Positions 32,024 through 41,204 of a DNA stretch of 59,165 nt are shown here, piece by piece. This DNA is from a virus, in the IMG/VR virus record IMGVR_UViG_3300046838_000032, positions 1-59,165 of that record. One strand, 5' to 3'. The translations under genes and the position numbers were made by a program. Position 1 is the first letter of the stretch, and every line of letters begins with the position of its first letter. The notes under the pieces are model-generated. The model made no database searches. It was not told the origin of the DNA and saw only the letters and a list, made by a program, of their open reading frames with translations.

Positions 32024-33301
32024 ATGAGCGAGCCCGAGATCCGCCGCGACGGAGACACATGGTTTCTGAACTGGGACGCAGAAGGCGTTGGAATGGGGCT
32101 CGATCGCTTGGCGGAGCGACGAGACGAACTCCGAGCCGAGATCACTGTTGAGAGCATGGTGGCCGGCCGCGTCGTCGGACCTGTCAGCGTCAACTTATTG
32201 TCGAGCCAGACGCAAGCCAGTTTCGCCAAGAACTGCGCGACACGTGTCAACGGCCTCTCACCGGATCGCTGGCATGCCATTGTCGTACAAGCGTGCGCCA
32301 TCGTTGCCAAGCAGTTCAGAGCACCCACGCCGACGTATGACTTGTCGGAAGAACCTGACTATGGGCCCATCTCGTACGTGGTGCCAGGGCTCGTTCCGTC
32401 AGAAGAGACGACGGTGATCTACGGAGATGGCGAGGGAGCCAAAAGTCTGCTCGCCTTGCACATCGCATTCTGCGTCACGACGGGCCGCGAACTGGCATGG
32501 GGTGACCGGCCGACGCAGGGCAGCGTGCTCTATCTCGACTGGGAGACGAACCGGCGCACGGTCGGCACGCGGTTACGCCGTATCGCATTGGGCGAACTAG
32601 CGGATGTGCCTCGGGTCCACTATCGGCAGTGCTTTCGATCGATAGCGGACGAGCTGCCGAGCATTCGAGAAGAGTGCAGCAAGAAGAACATCAGCATGGT
32701 CATTGTCGACAGCATCGGGTTTGCGGCTAGCGGCGCGCTCGTTGAGGACGAGACGGCTAGAACGGCGATGAATGCGCTGCGGCAACTCAGCCCGGTCACT
32801 CGGTTGGTTGTGGCCCACGTCAGTAAGGAGGCTGCGGCAAATAGCACTGGCGCAGTCAAGCCGTTTGGATCCGCGTTCTTTTGGAACGGTATGCGTTCAG
32901 GTATTGAGGTGCGCCGGTCTGAGGACCAACCGAATCAAGACATCATCGACCTCGCGTTGTTCCACCGCAAGGCGAATGATGGCGAGCACCACAAGCCGAT
33001 CGCGGTACAGATCAGCTTCGATGGCCGCGACAAGGGCATCGGGTTCTTCAAGGGTGAACTGAACGAAACGCCGGACTTGGCGGCTCGGACGAGTCTCTCG
33101 TCTCGACTGCGGACGATTCTACGCGGTGCCGATAGCACGCTCTCGGACATGGCTTTTGATACGGATACCAAGGAGGACACGGTCTACCGAACGCTGAAAC
33201 GCATGCCAGACGTGGTCATGTTGGATGGCGGGCGTGGCCGCGGGCGTTCATCAACGTGGTCGCTGAGCGACGGAAATAAATCGGACGCGGCTCTTCCGTG
33301 A
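32024..33301 (+). CDS. RecA-fold ATPase, RepA/DnaB-C-like replicative helicase (AAA_25-type)
   Basis: Walker A GDGEGAKS, LYLDWET, and Walker B MVIVDSIGFAASG. Confidence 0.62.
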   Translation: MSEPEIRRDGDTWFLNWDAEGVGMGLDRLAERRDELRAEITVESMVAGRVVGPVSVNLLSSQTQASFAKNCATRVNGLSPDRWHAIVVQACAIVAKQFRAPTPTYDLSEEPDYGPISYVVPGLVPSEETTVIYGDGEGAKSLLALHIAFCVTTGRELAWGDRPTQGSVLYLDWETNRRTVGTRLRRIALGELADVPRVHYRQCFRSIADELPSIREECSKKNISMVIVDSIGFAASGALVEDETARTAMNALRQLSPVTRLVVAHVSKEAAANSTGAVKPFGSAFFWNGMRSGIEVRRSEDQPNQDIIDLALFHRKANDGEHHKPIAVQISFDGRDKGIGFFKGELNETPDLAARTSLSSRLRTILRGADSTLSDMAFDTDTKEDTVYRTLKRMPDVVMLDGGRGRGRSSTWSLSDGNKSDAALP

Positions 33302-33600
33302 CCACTGCTCAGGGAGGCGTTTTGAACTCAGAAATAAAATCGGATATTCGGATCCCCCTTAACAACCCCCTTGTGTCCGATTTTCCTTCGGATCGGACAA
33401 GGACAAAATCGGATCGTAGAAAATCGGATGTCCGAATAAATGTCCGATTTTCTACGTGTCTGGCCTGCGGCCAGCCGAAGAGCGAGCACACGACAACGGA
33501 ACTAGCCGGGGGATGCAAGAACCAGCCGACGATGCACGTCGAGGATCGTCACGACGAGATGGCCTACCTCTGGAGGACGAAGAATGCCAGCACCCTCTAG
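33298..33600 (+). CDS. Doubtful ORF overlapping the iteron cluster
   Basis: 100-aa ORF. Its first half is translated iterons (KSD repeats) and its second half has CLACG. It may not be coding. Confidence 0.3.
   Translation: MTTAQGGVLNSEIKSDIRIPLNNPLVSDFPSDRTRTKSDRRKSDVRINVRFSTCLACGQPKSEHTTTELAGGCKNQPTMHVEDRHDEMAYLWRTKNASTL
33336..33451. repeat. Iteron-like cluster of AAAATCGGA(T/C): 3 direct and 2 inverted copies plus half-sites
   Basis: Direct copies at 33336, 33405 and 33420. Inverted TCCGATTTT at 33376 and 33443. TCGGAT/ATCCGA half-sites lie between them. The region is locally AT-rich and sits just downstream of the helicase gene. Confidence 0.8.
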
Positions 33601-34852
33601 TGTCATTCGTGTCAGGGACTACGTGCCGAACCCTGGCAACGTCGATGATGGGCCAGCGATCCGCGCAGCTCTCGCCGACTACGCCGCCGGCTGGGCGTCT
33701 GGCACGGTCGGCGTGCTCGACTTCGGCTCAGGACACTATCGCGTCAGCCCCAACGCAGGCGAGCCAGCGCTACGTCTCGCAGGACAGGTGACCGGCGCCG
33801 GTATCGGTGGCCGCATCCTTGGTGATGGCGAGAACGCCTGCTCCATCTCAGCAGACCCCGGGGTAGGTATCACCTTCAAGTTCGACGACTTCTGGAACGG
33901 GCAACTCGCCGGCATCAGCCTCACCGGCGCATCGAACGGTCAGGTCAACGGTGGCTCATCGACTGACTACGGTTTCGTGTTCGGCGCGAACCACCAAGAC
34001 CTTGGCGCGGCGATGCTCACCCTGGAGAACTTTGGCGCTAGCGGCTTCGCTCGAGGATTCGTCTTCGGTCAGGACGTGTCACCGCTCGACGCCGCGGCCG
34101 AGATCATCTGTTCAAACCTGAGCGCAGGCTTCTGTGGCATCGGCTTCAACTTCAACTCGTACAACACGATGGACATCAAGTTCGACAAGCCCTCGGTGCT
34201 GCATTCAGCCTGCGGCTTCAAAGGCACGTACGGCGGGCAGACGCAGATCAGCGTCAGGAACGGCTCATCTACGAACAACGCCGTTGAGTTCGACTGGTCA
34301 GGTCAGTCAGGCACCTTTCGCATCGAGGACTTCCGGGCCGAGGGCGGGCCGAACTGTACCGATGTCCCTGTCAAGTTTGGCGGCGGCAATGGCGGTCACC
34401 TGATCATCAGCGGCTCACAGTTCCGATCTGGCACCGAGTATCCATACGCGAGCGTCCTGATCGACAACGGCAACAACTGGACAACGCTCGAGCACAACAC
34501 GCTGGTAGGCCCCGTACGGATCATCCAGGGTTCGCAGGCCGTCTGGCTCACCGCGAACAGCGTCTACGTCCAGGGCACGGACCGATTCATCGACACCGAT
34601 CCGAACACGCCTATCGGCTCGCACTACCTGAGCATCGAAGGCAACTACCAGCCCAGCCAGATCAACACCGGATGGTTCTCATCATGGCATCCAATGTTCC
34701 GTGGCTTCATCAGTGCGCCGGACATCCGGGCAGGCAACCTGACCACCCCGCCATCCATGAGCATCAACCGGCTCACCTCAGCGATTGATGACTTAGACGC
34801 CAAGGTTTCGGCACTTGACTCTGCCGTTCAGACCATCACGAGCCGACCGTAG
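33584..34852 (+). CDS. Right-handed beta-helix (pectate-lyase-fold) protein, depolymerase/tailspike-like
   Basis: The N-terminus IRVRDYVPNPGNVDDGPAIRAAL matches the Pectate_lyase_3-type start. Gly/Asn-rich repeats follow, and the C-terminus has a short coiled coil. Confidence 0.6.
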   Translation: MPAPSSVIRVRDYVPNPGNVDDGPAIRAALADYAAGWASGTVGVLDFGSGHYRVSPNAGEPALRLAGQVTGAGIGGRILGDGENACSISADPGVGITFKFDDFWNGQLAGISLTGASNGQVNGGSSTDYGFVFGANHQDLGAAMLTLENFGASGFARGFVFGQDVSPLDAAAEIICSNLSAGFCGIGFNFNSYNTMDIKFDKPSVLHSACGFKGTYGGQTQISVRNGSSTNNAVEFDWSGQSGTFRIEDFRAEGGPNCTDVPVKFGGGNGGHLIISGSQFRSGTEYPYASVLIDNGNNWTTLEHNTLVGPVRIIQGSQAVWLTANSVYVQGTDRFIDTDPNTPIGSHYLSIEGNYQPSQINTGWFSSWHPMFRGFISAPDIRAGNLTTPPSMSINRLTSAIDDLDAKVSALDSAVQTITSRP

Positions 34853-34856
34853 CCCT

Positions 34857-35453
34857 GTGAGCGAGCACCGCTGCAATCCCTGGGATGGCTGTTATCACGC
34901 TTCGACCGTTCGCTGGTTTCATGAGACGATCCCCGACTACCGCGGGGTCGGCACGGTCTACGGCCACTTTCAGGTCTTGCGGCATATGGTCGTCGGGAAG
35001 TCAGCAGATGACCTCGAAAGCTTGGCCTACTGCCACAGCAGGGTTGTCCACGAAGGCGCCCGCTCAGCGTCAGGACGCTGGTGCATCTGCCTAGACGAGG
35101 AGCCACCCTCAGCCGGCGAAGCGCGCGGCACACTCGGCAGCGATGGATTCTCGGGCATGCTCGGCGTCCAGAGCGACCTAGAGCGAGCTGCGGACACACT
35201 ACCTATCGCATGGAAGACCACCGAGCGCGTCTTCAAGGCACAGGGCCGCTCAGCAACGTACGGCGCGCGGTTCACATACTACAACCGCAACTTGCGCGTG
35301 CGGCCTATCGACCGCTGGCTCGAGCCGCGAGACGATCTTGGCCGGCCACGCTCGACACAACTGACCTACTACCTGATGGCGCTCTCGCTCGATGGCGCGA
35401 GGACGACGTGCCGATGGCCGCGGGGCGTCTACGTGAGCGAGCAAGCCGCGTGA
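34857..35453 (+). CDS. Hypothetical protein
   Basis: GTG 34857 is 5 nt after the previous stop. 198 aa. Confidence 0.4.
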   Translation: MSEHRCNPWDGCYHASTVRWFHETIPDYRGVGTVYGHFQVLRHMVVGKSADDLESLAYCHSRVVHEGARSASGRWCICLDEEPPSAGEARGTLGSDGFSGMLGVQSDLERAADTLPIAWKTTERVFKAQGRSATYGARFTYYNRNLRVRPIDRWLEPRDDLGRPRSTQLTYYLMALSLDGARTTCRWPRGVYVSEQAA

Positions 35454-35494
35454 ACTTGACACAACATCACCCAAGGCTCACAATTCGGGCGTCT

Positions 35495-35528
35495 GAGTCC
35501 GCGCGCCATGCGCCGGGCTCGTTTTTAT
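35495..35528 (+). terminator. Rho-independent terminator
   Basis: GC-rich bulged hairpin at 35495-35520, followed by GTTTTTATT. Confidence 0.55.
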
Positions 35529-35543
35529 TACTCGGAGGCGCTT

Positions 35544-35975
35544 ATGGCTGGTTTGCCGCCGCCCCCGTCAACCGGTCTATTGTTCTTCGGCTCAGCACAG
35601 TGGAACTGGATCACCTCAGCGATCCAAACGCTCTATTTGCTCGACTCAGCCCAGGTGTCCATCATGGGCACGTTCGCCTCAAATTTGGAGACACTCATGG
35701 CTTCCCTCGATGACCTGAAAGCGGCCGCAGACACGATGGCGGCCAACGAGCAAGCACTCGCAGCCGAGGTCGGTGCCGTCCATACCTCCGTTGCCAACCT
35801 GATCGCCGAAGTCGAAGACCTCAAGGCACACAGCGGCCTTTCTGCCGACGATCAGGCGAAACTCGACGCTGCAGTAGCCGAAGTGCAGTCTGCCTCTGCC
35901 GATCTTGCTGTCCAGACGCAGAACCTCACCGCAGATCAGTCGGCGGCTGACGCCGAGGCGAACCCGCCAGCCTGA
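35544..35975 (+). CDS. Ala-rich coiled-coil protein with a hydrophobic N-terminus
   Basis: ATG 35544 lies 6 nt after GGAGG. 143 aa. Confidence 0.5.
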   Translation: MAGLPPPPSTGLLFFGSAQWNWITSAIQTLYLLDSAQVSIMGTFASNLETLMASLDDLKAAADTMAANEQALAAEVGAVHTSVANLIAEVEDLKAHSGLSADDQAKLDAAVAEVQSASADLAVQTQNLTADQSAADAEANPPA

Positions 35976-36157
35976 TGCAGGATAGTGCGGCCACGATCCT
36001 ACCTTTCGACCTGCATCCTGGCGATGTCATGGAAGATGCTGCCGGCGTCAGGTGGACGGTTCGAGAGAAAACCTCACATGCGACCGTCATCGTGGATCGC
36101 GACCCGCCATTGGTAAGCCTCCGTATGACTCTGCCGGTTCGGTTGATCCAGCCCTGA
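35975..36157 (+). CDS. Hypothetical small protein
   Basis: 60-aa ORF. The ATG overlaps the previous stop. Confidence 0.4.
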   Translation: MQDSAATILPFDLHPGDVMEDAAGVRWTVREKTSHATVIVDRDPPLVSLRMTLPVRLIQP

Positions 36158-36159
36158 CA

Positions 36160-36366
36160 ATGAGCGTGGCACTGGGCAGTTTCCGATGTACAGACGAAGA
36201 GCGATACCGGCTCACGCTGGCAATTGAGCACAACTGTACGTGCGATCCAACAAAGCCAGCCTACGACTGCCCAGCGCACCTCATCTTGCATGACGAAGCC
36301 TTGATCAAACGCATGATATTCGTGAGCCGCGACGCCGAGCTCTATACCCGCCGGGAGTTCAAGTAA
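36160..36366 (+). CDS. Hypothetical Cys-containing protein
   Basis: ATG 36160 is 3 nt after the previous stop. 68 aa. Confidence 0.4.
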   Translation: MSVALGSFRCTDEERYRLTLAIEHNCTCDPTKPAYDCPAHLILHDEALIKRMIFVSRDAELYTRREFK

Positions 36367-36368
36367 CC

Positions 36369-37550
36369 GTGGCCCGTAAGCCGAAGCCGGACGCCTGGCG
36401 CAATGCGATTACGCGCTACGCCGATGAGGCGCCCGAATCGCTGCTTGCGAATCCTCAGAACTGGCGTTTGCATCCCAAGGAGCAGACCGCAGCACTCACC
36501 GGCTCACTGACCGAACTCGGCTGGATCGCGCCGGTCATCGTCAACGAGACCACTCAGCACGTCGTTGACGGACACGCGCGTATCGGTGAAGCAATCGCTC
36601 GTGGCGAGCCGACGGTCCCGGTAGCCTACGTCAGTCTGACCGAGGACCAGGAACGGCTCGCGCTCGCCACGTTCGATCCAATCGCCGCTATGGCTGGCAC
36701 TGACCAGAAGATGCTCGACGATCTACTCGCCGGTCTAGTCACAGACGAGGACGGGCTGAGCGATCTGCTCGAGTCGCTTGCATCCGAACAGCCGAAGCAA
36801 CTGAACCCGGACGATGCTGACCTGACGCCACCGACGGAGCCGATCACCAAGCCCGGCGACCTCTGGCTCATGGGCGAGCACCGGCTACTGTGTGGCGACT
36901 CAACCAATGCAGATGATGTGGCACGGCTGATGAATGGCGAGCAGTGCGATATGGTGTTTACCGACCCACCATATGGTGTTGACTACGATGGTGGAGCAAA
37001 GAAGCGCGAGCGGCTTGATGGCGATCATGTGGGGACTAGCATCTACGCTGACGCGCTTCCGAACTTACAGATAGCTGCGAGTAACGAGGCCGCGCTATAT
37101 CTCTGGTACGCCGACGCACACGTCGCTGCGGCTGCGGCTGCGGGATATGTGATCACAGCGCAGATCATCTGGGTAAAGAACAATGCCCAATTCGTGTCCG
37201 CTGCTAAGTACCACGGTAAGCACGAACCTTGTTTCTATGCTCACCGCAAGGGGCATTCGGCCGCGTGGTACGGCTCGAATAACGAGGTGACGGTCTGGGA
37301 AGTTGACCGAGCGTCGCGCAATGATTATCACCCGACTCAGAAGCCAGTCGAGTTGTCTGAGCGAGCAATTCTCAACAGTAGTCCACGCCACGGCTCAGTC
37401 TTAGACCTGTTTGGCGGCTCAGGATCGACCATGATTGCCGCCGAGCAAACTGCACGGGTGGCTTATCTGATGGAGATTCAGCCTGCCTACTGCGACGTGA
37501 TCGTGCGCCGCTGGGAAAAGGTGACGGGCAAGGTGGCTGTCCGTGGCTAG
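36369..37550 (+). CDS. ParB-like nuclease domain fused to a DPPY DNA methyltransferase
   Basis: The N-terminus reads NPQNWRLHPKEQ...VVDGHARIGEA. The catalytic motif is MVFTDPPYGVDY. The C-terminus reads HPTQKPVEL...VLDLFGGSGST. Confidence 0.85.
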   Translation: MARKPKPDAWRNAITRYADEAPESLLANPQNWRLHPKEQTAALTGSLTELGWIAPVIVNETTQHVVDGHARIGEAIARGEPTVPVAYVSLTEDQERLALATFDPIAAMAGTDQKMLDDLLAGLVTDEDGLSDLLESLASEQPKQLNPDDADLTPPTEPITKPGDLWLMGEHRLLCGDSTNADDVARLMNGEQCDMVFTDPPYGVDYDGGAKKRERLDGDHVGTSIYADALPNLQIAASNEAALYLWYADAHVAAAAAAGYVITAQIIWVKNNAQFVSAAKYHGKHEPCFYAHRKGHSAAWYGSNNEVTVWEVDRASRNDYHPTQKPVELSERAILNSSPRHGSVLDLFGGSGSTMIAAEQTARVAYLMEIQPAYCDVIVRRWEKVTGKVAVRG

Positions 37551-37965
37551 CACGTTTGACCGGATTAGACATCCTCAGAAAAGGGCATTCCTCGCCGCCT
37601 ACCGGCAGTCGGGCAACATCCGAGCATCGACTGAGGCTGCGAAGATCACACGGCAGACGTACTACAACTGGTGCGAGAAGGACCTCGTGTTCGCTGCGGC
37701 GGCACAGACCGCGAAGGAAGAGTACGGCGATCTGCTCGAGGCCAAGCTCGCGCAGATGGCGCTACGCCAGGACAACGTCACGGCGCTGATCGTCGGCCTC
37801 AAAATGATCGGCCGGTTTGTCGATAAGACACGAACCGAAGTCTCAGGGCCAAATGGAAACGCTATCGAGATCAACACCGCGCAGGGAACTCTCGCCGATC
37901 GAGTTGCTGGCATTGCTGCCCGATTCGGCACAGAAGGAGTTCTACGCGAGCCTGTCGAAGGCTGA
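37543..37965 (+). CDS. terS: Terminase small subunit
   Basis: KRAFLAAYRQSGNIRASTEAAKITRQTYYNWCEKDLVF is a typical HTH TerS N-terminus. The gene lies immediately upstream of terL. Confidence 0.7.
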   Translation: MASTFDRIRHPQKRAFLAAYRQSGNIRASTEAAKITRQTYYNWCEKDLVFAAAAQTAKEEYGDLLEAKLAQMALRQDNVTALIVGLKMIGRFVDKTRTEVSGPNGNAIEINTAQGTLADRVAGIAARFGTEGVLREPVEG

Positions 37966-39175
37966 GCAATCTCTCTGGCCTTATGACTGGCCGTTCCATG
38001 CACGTCCGTCGCAACGCGAGCCGCAAGGCGACTGGCGTACGTGGCTCATCCTGGCAGGGCGCGGGTTCGGGAAAACGCGCACTGGCGCGGAGTGGGTACG
38101 CCAAAGTGTTGCGCGCTACCCAATCGTCAACGTTATCGCGCCAACAGCCGACGATGCCCGCGACATTATGGTTGAAGGTGAGTCTGGAATCCTGGCGATC
38201 TGCCCTCCAGATGAGCGGCCAGTCTACCGAGCTGCCTACCGTCGCCTCGAGTGGCCGAACGGCGCCCGAACGCTGATCTTCACCGCTGACGAGCCAGAAC
38301 GGCTCCGCGGCAAACAGCACATGCGCCTCTGGGCCGACGAACTCGCGGCGTGGCGCTACCCCGAAGCGTGGGATCAGGCGATGTTTGGGCTCAGGCTCGG
38401 TGACGATCCTCGAGCCGTGGTGACCACGACGCCGAAGCCGACAGAGATCGTCAGGCGTCTCGTCAGCGATCCCACGACGTTTATCACACGCGGCTCGACA
38501 TACGACAACCGAGGCAACCTGGCGCCAGCGTTCTTCGATGCCATCATCAAGCGCTACGAGGGTACTCGCATCGGCCGGCAAGAACTCATGGCAGAGATCC
38601 TCGACGACGTTGAGGGCGCGCTCTGGACACGCCAGATGATCGATAACAACCGAGTGACGAGTCATCCTGACCTGGTCCGTGTCGGTGTTGGCGTCGACCC
38701 GTCAGGTGGCGACAAAGATGGCAACGCCGAGCAAGGCATCATCGTCGTTGGCTGGGGCGTTGATCAGCACGGCTACGTACTCGCCGACTACAGTTGCAAG
38801 CTCTCGCCGGATGGTTGGGGCCGGCGCGTCGTCCAGGCTTATCAGGAGCATGCTGCTGACCATGTGTACGTCGAGCGGAACTTCGGAGGTGATATGGCGA
38901 TTGCGACGATTGAGACTGCGTCGAACGCGCTCAACACTTTCGTGCCGATCACGGCGGTTACCGCGAGTCGCGGCAAGGCGGTGCGAGCTGAGCCGGTGGC
39001 TGCGCTCTACGAACAGGGACGTATGCATCATGTGGGCTCGTTCCCTGAACTCGAAGATCAGTTGTGTGTCTGGGTGCCAGGATTGAGTGCGACGAGTCCT
39101 GACCGACTGGACGCTCTCGTGTGGGCTGTGAGTGAGGTCATGTTCGATCAGCCGCTCAGCGTGTACACGATCTGA
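37853..39175 (+). CDS. terL: Terminase large subunit (start uncertain)
   Basis: WPYDWPFHARPSQREP..WRTWLILAGRGFGKTRTGAEW (Walker A), with a nuclease half downstream. The ORF is open from 37817. Confidence 0.85.
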   Translation: METLSRSTPRRELSPIELLALLPDSAQKEFYASLSKAEQSLWPYDWPFHARPSQREPQGDWRTWLILAGRGFGKTRTGAEWVRQSVARYPIVNVIAPTADDARDIMVEGESGILAICPPDERPVYRAAYRRLEWPNGARTLIFTADEPERLRGKQHMRLWADELAAWRYPEAWDQAMFGLRLGDDPRAVVTTTPKPTEIVRRLVSDPTTFITRGSTYDNRGNLAPAFFDAIIKRYEGTRIGRQELMAEILDDVEGALWTRQMIDNNRVTSHPDLVRVGVGVDPSGGDKDGNAEQGIIVVGWGVDQHGYVLADYSCKLSPDGWGRRVVQAYQEHAADHVYVERNFGGDMAIATIETASNALNTFVPITAVTASRGKAVRAEPVAALYEQGRMHHVGSFPELEDQLCVWVPGLSATSPDRLDALVWAVSEVMFDQPLSVYTI

Positions 39176-39290
39176 TGGATAAGCAGGATCTCCGCATCCT
39201 TGGCACCGTGGCGTTGTGTTGTGTGCTCACGCTGCTCGCGGCGACAATCTTGGGATTGGCGGTCAGGTTCTTCCTGTGGGCAGCGTTCGC

Positions 39291-39629
39291 ATGACAGACA
39301 CACTGCGCGAGCACGGCTATCTGACGAGCCAGGACATCGCTAAGGAACTGGAAGCGCTCAAGCAGCGGGTCGTGGAACTCGAGCGGCAATCGCGCCGCAT
39401 GAAACTCGCGAAGGCGGATCTGCTGAGGTTGCAGGCCGGCGATGTGCTGACGATTCGTGTGCCACGGCCGCTCGCGTCCGACGAACGTCAGCAACTCGCC
39501 ACCGGTTTCCGAGAACTCTTCGCCAGCATCGGGCACGCTGACGATATCCAGGCAGCCATCATCTGCGGCCACGACGCCGTAGAACTCGACGTCATCCGAC
39601 CGGAGGCCAACAATGGGACTGATCTCTAG
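39291..39629 (+). CDS. Hypothetical coiled-coil protein
   Basis: ATG 39291 within ORF 39216-39629. Confidence 0.4.
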   Translation: MTDTLREHGYLTSQDIAKELEALKQRVVELERQSRRMKLAKADLLRLQAGDVLTIRVPRPLASDERQQLATGFRELFASIGHADDIQAAIICGHDAVELDVIRPEANNGTDL

Positions 39630-41013
39630 CCTCATCTCTGGCTTCCGCGCGGAACGTATCGACGAGCAGAAAGCCGCGGCTATCGCGTCCACGGTCACGC
39701 CGTACGATGTTGGTGCCGGCTACGGCATCCAGCCGGCGACCGGGCCATACACCTATGCGCGTCAGTCGCGCGAAGGCTATCTCAACGCTGAACTCGTTTT
39801 CCAGTGCGTCGACCTGCGCGCCAACTCGGCCGGTGAGCCGCCAGTTGTTGCCTGGCAAAAGACCGAGTCCGGCGAAGAGAAGATCGAAGAGCATCCCGCG
39901 CTCGATCTGCTTGAAAATCCGAACGCGTACATGAGCCGCTCGCGGTTCTGGCAGACGATCATGATGCACCTCGATATCAACGGCAACGCGTATATCGAGA
40001 AGGTGCGCTCGAACGCTGGCAAGGTCGTGGAACTCTGGCTCATGCGGCCAGACCGCACGTTCGTGATCCCCGACCGACAGCGGTTCATCGGCGGCTACCG
40101 GTATGAGATCGGCGGCGAGAAGTTCCTGCTGCCGCCCGAGAACGTCCTCCACTTCAAGACTCGCCATCCGCTCGACGACTTCTACGGCATGTCGCCGCTC
40201 GTGCCGTTGGCTGATCGCGTTGACCTTGAAGTGCTCGCGCGCAAGTTCAATAAGGCATTCTTCAACAACGCTGGCGTGCCGGCTGGCATGCTCGCTATTC
40301 AGAAGCACCTCAACCCTGATGAGCGGCGCGATCTCCAGCGCGTGTTTCGTGAGCAGTTCGGCGGCGAGACGGGCTGGCATCGGGTGATGGTGATGGAAAC
40401 CGGGCCGAACGCCGGCGCAACGTATACGCCGATGGGCCTGCCGCCAGGACAGAACGGCGCAGCTCTCACCGACGTGAGTGAGACGGACGAGGTCCGAATC
40501 CTGGGTAACTACGGCGTGCCGCTGTCGTTGATCCCGACGCTGGCTGGCGCGAAGGCAAACCGCGGCCAGACAGCGAGCGACGCCGAGTTCCGTGCGTTCT
40601 GGAAGATGACGATGACGGCCGTGTTCCGTGATATCGACTCGACGCTGAGCATGGGACTTCGAGACGAGTTCCCCGAGTTCAAGCGCTTTGAGCATGACCT
40701 GAGCAAGATTCAGGCGCTACAGGAAGACGAAGATAAGCGCGTCGACCGTGTGATCAAGATTTGGCAGAATCAGGGTTCGACCTATCAGGAATACCGATCT
40801 GATCTGGGACTGCCTGAAGAGCCCGACAAGCCTGGCGTCGTGATGTTGCTGACCACGAGCGTGCCGACACCGAGCGATCAACTCATTGATCCGGATGCCA
40901 TGCTCGAAGCGCAAGAGCCGCCGCAGCCGGCGCCCGGTCCTGACAACCTCACGCCAGAGGATCAGCAACAGCCGGTGCCGGCGAATGGACGCACGAACGG
41001 GGTCGCTCACTAG
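39613..41013 (+). CDS. Portal protein (HK97 family type)
   Basis: 466 aa with LLENPNAYMSRSRFWQTIMMHLDINGNAYIEKV and FNNAGVPAGML. Confidence 0.85.
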   Translation: MGLISSLISGFRAERIDEQKAAAIASTVTPYDVGAGYGIQPATGPYTYARQSREGYLNAELVFQCVDLRANSAGEPPVVAWQKTESGEEKIEEHPALDLLENPNAYMSRSRFWQTIMMHLDINGNAYIEKVRSNAGKVVELWLMRPDRTFVIPDRQRFIGGYRYEIGGEKFLLPPENVLHFKTRHPLDDFYGMSPLVPLADRVDLEVLARKFNKAFFNNAGVPAGMLAIQKHLNPDERRDLQRVFREQFGGETGWHRVMVMETGPNAGATYTPMGLPPGQNGAALTDVSETDEVRILGNYGVPLSLIPTLAGAKANRGQTASDAEFRAFWKMTMTAVFRDIDSTLSMGLRDEFPEFKRFEHDLSKIQALQEDEDKRVDRVIKIWQNQGSTYQEYRSDLGLPEEPDKPGVVMLLTTSVPTPSDQLIDPDAMLEAQEPPQPAPGPDNLTPEDQQQPVPANGRTNGVAH

Positions 41014-41204
41014 TGGCGATCTACTTCACGCTATCGAGCCTGACGAAGGACGCTGATGAGCCGATGCGCTGTTTGTGCGGCACGTACGCATTCCCGCGTG
41101 ATCTGGCCGGCTACTTCGACTGCGCGAGTTGTGGGCAACGCTGGTGGGCGCTCGCGCCGGGCATCATGCTTCAGCAACTCGAAAAGGCGCGCGCGGCAGT
41201 GTGA
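41013..41204 (+). CDS. Small zinc-ribbon protein
   Basis: 63 aa containing CLCG...CASCG. Confidence 0.45.
   Translation: MAIYFTLSSLTKDADEPMRCLCGTYAFPRDLAGYFDCASCGQRWWALAPGIMLQQLEKARAAV

Noticed and set aside
37871-40695. Long antisense ORFs within terL (37871-38665) and the portal gene (39592-40695), and likewise 44227-44952 in the protease gene.
   Set aside because: The sense-strand proteins carry clear family motifs. Long antisense ORFs are expected in GC-rich DNA. Their translations are Arg-rich and featureless.
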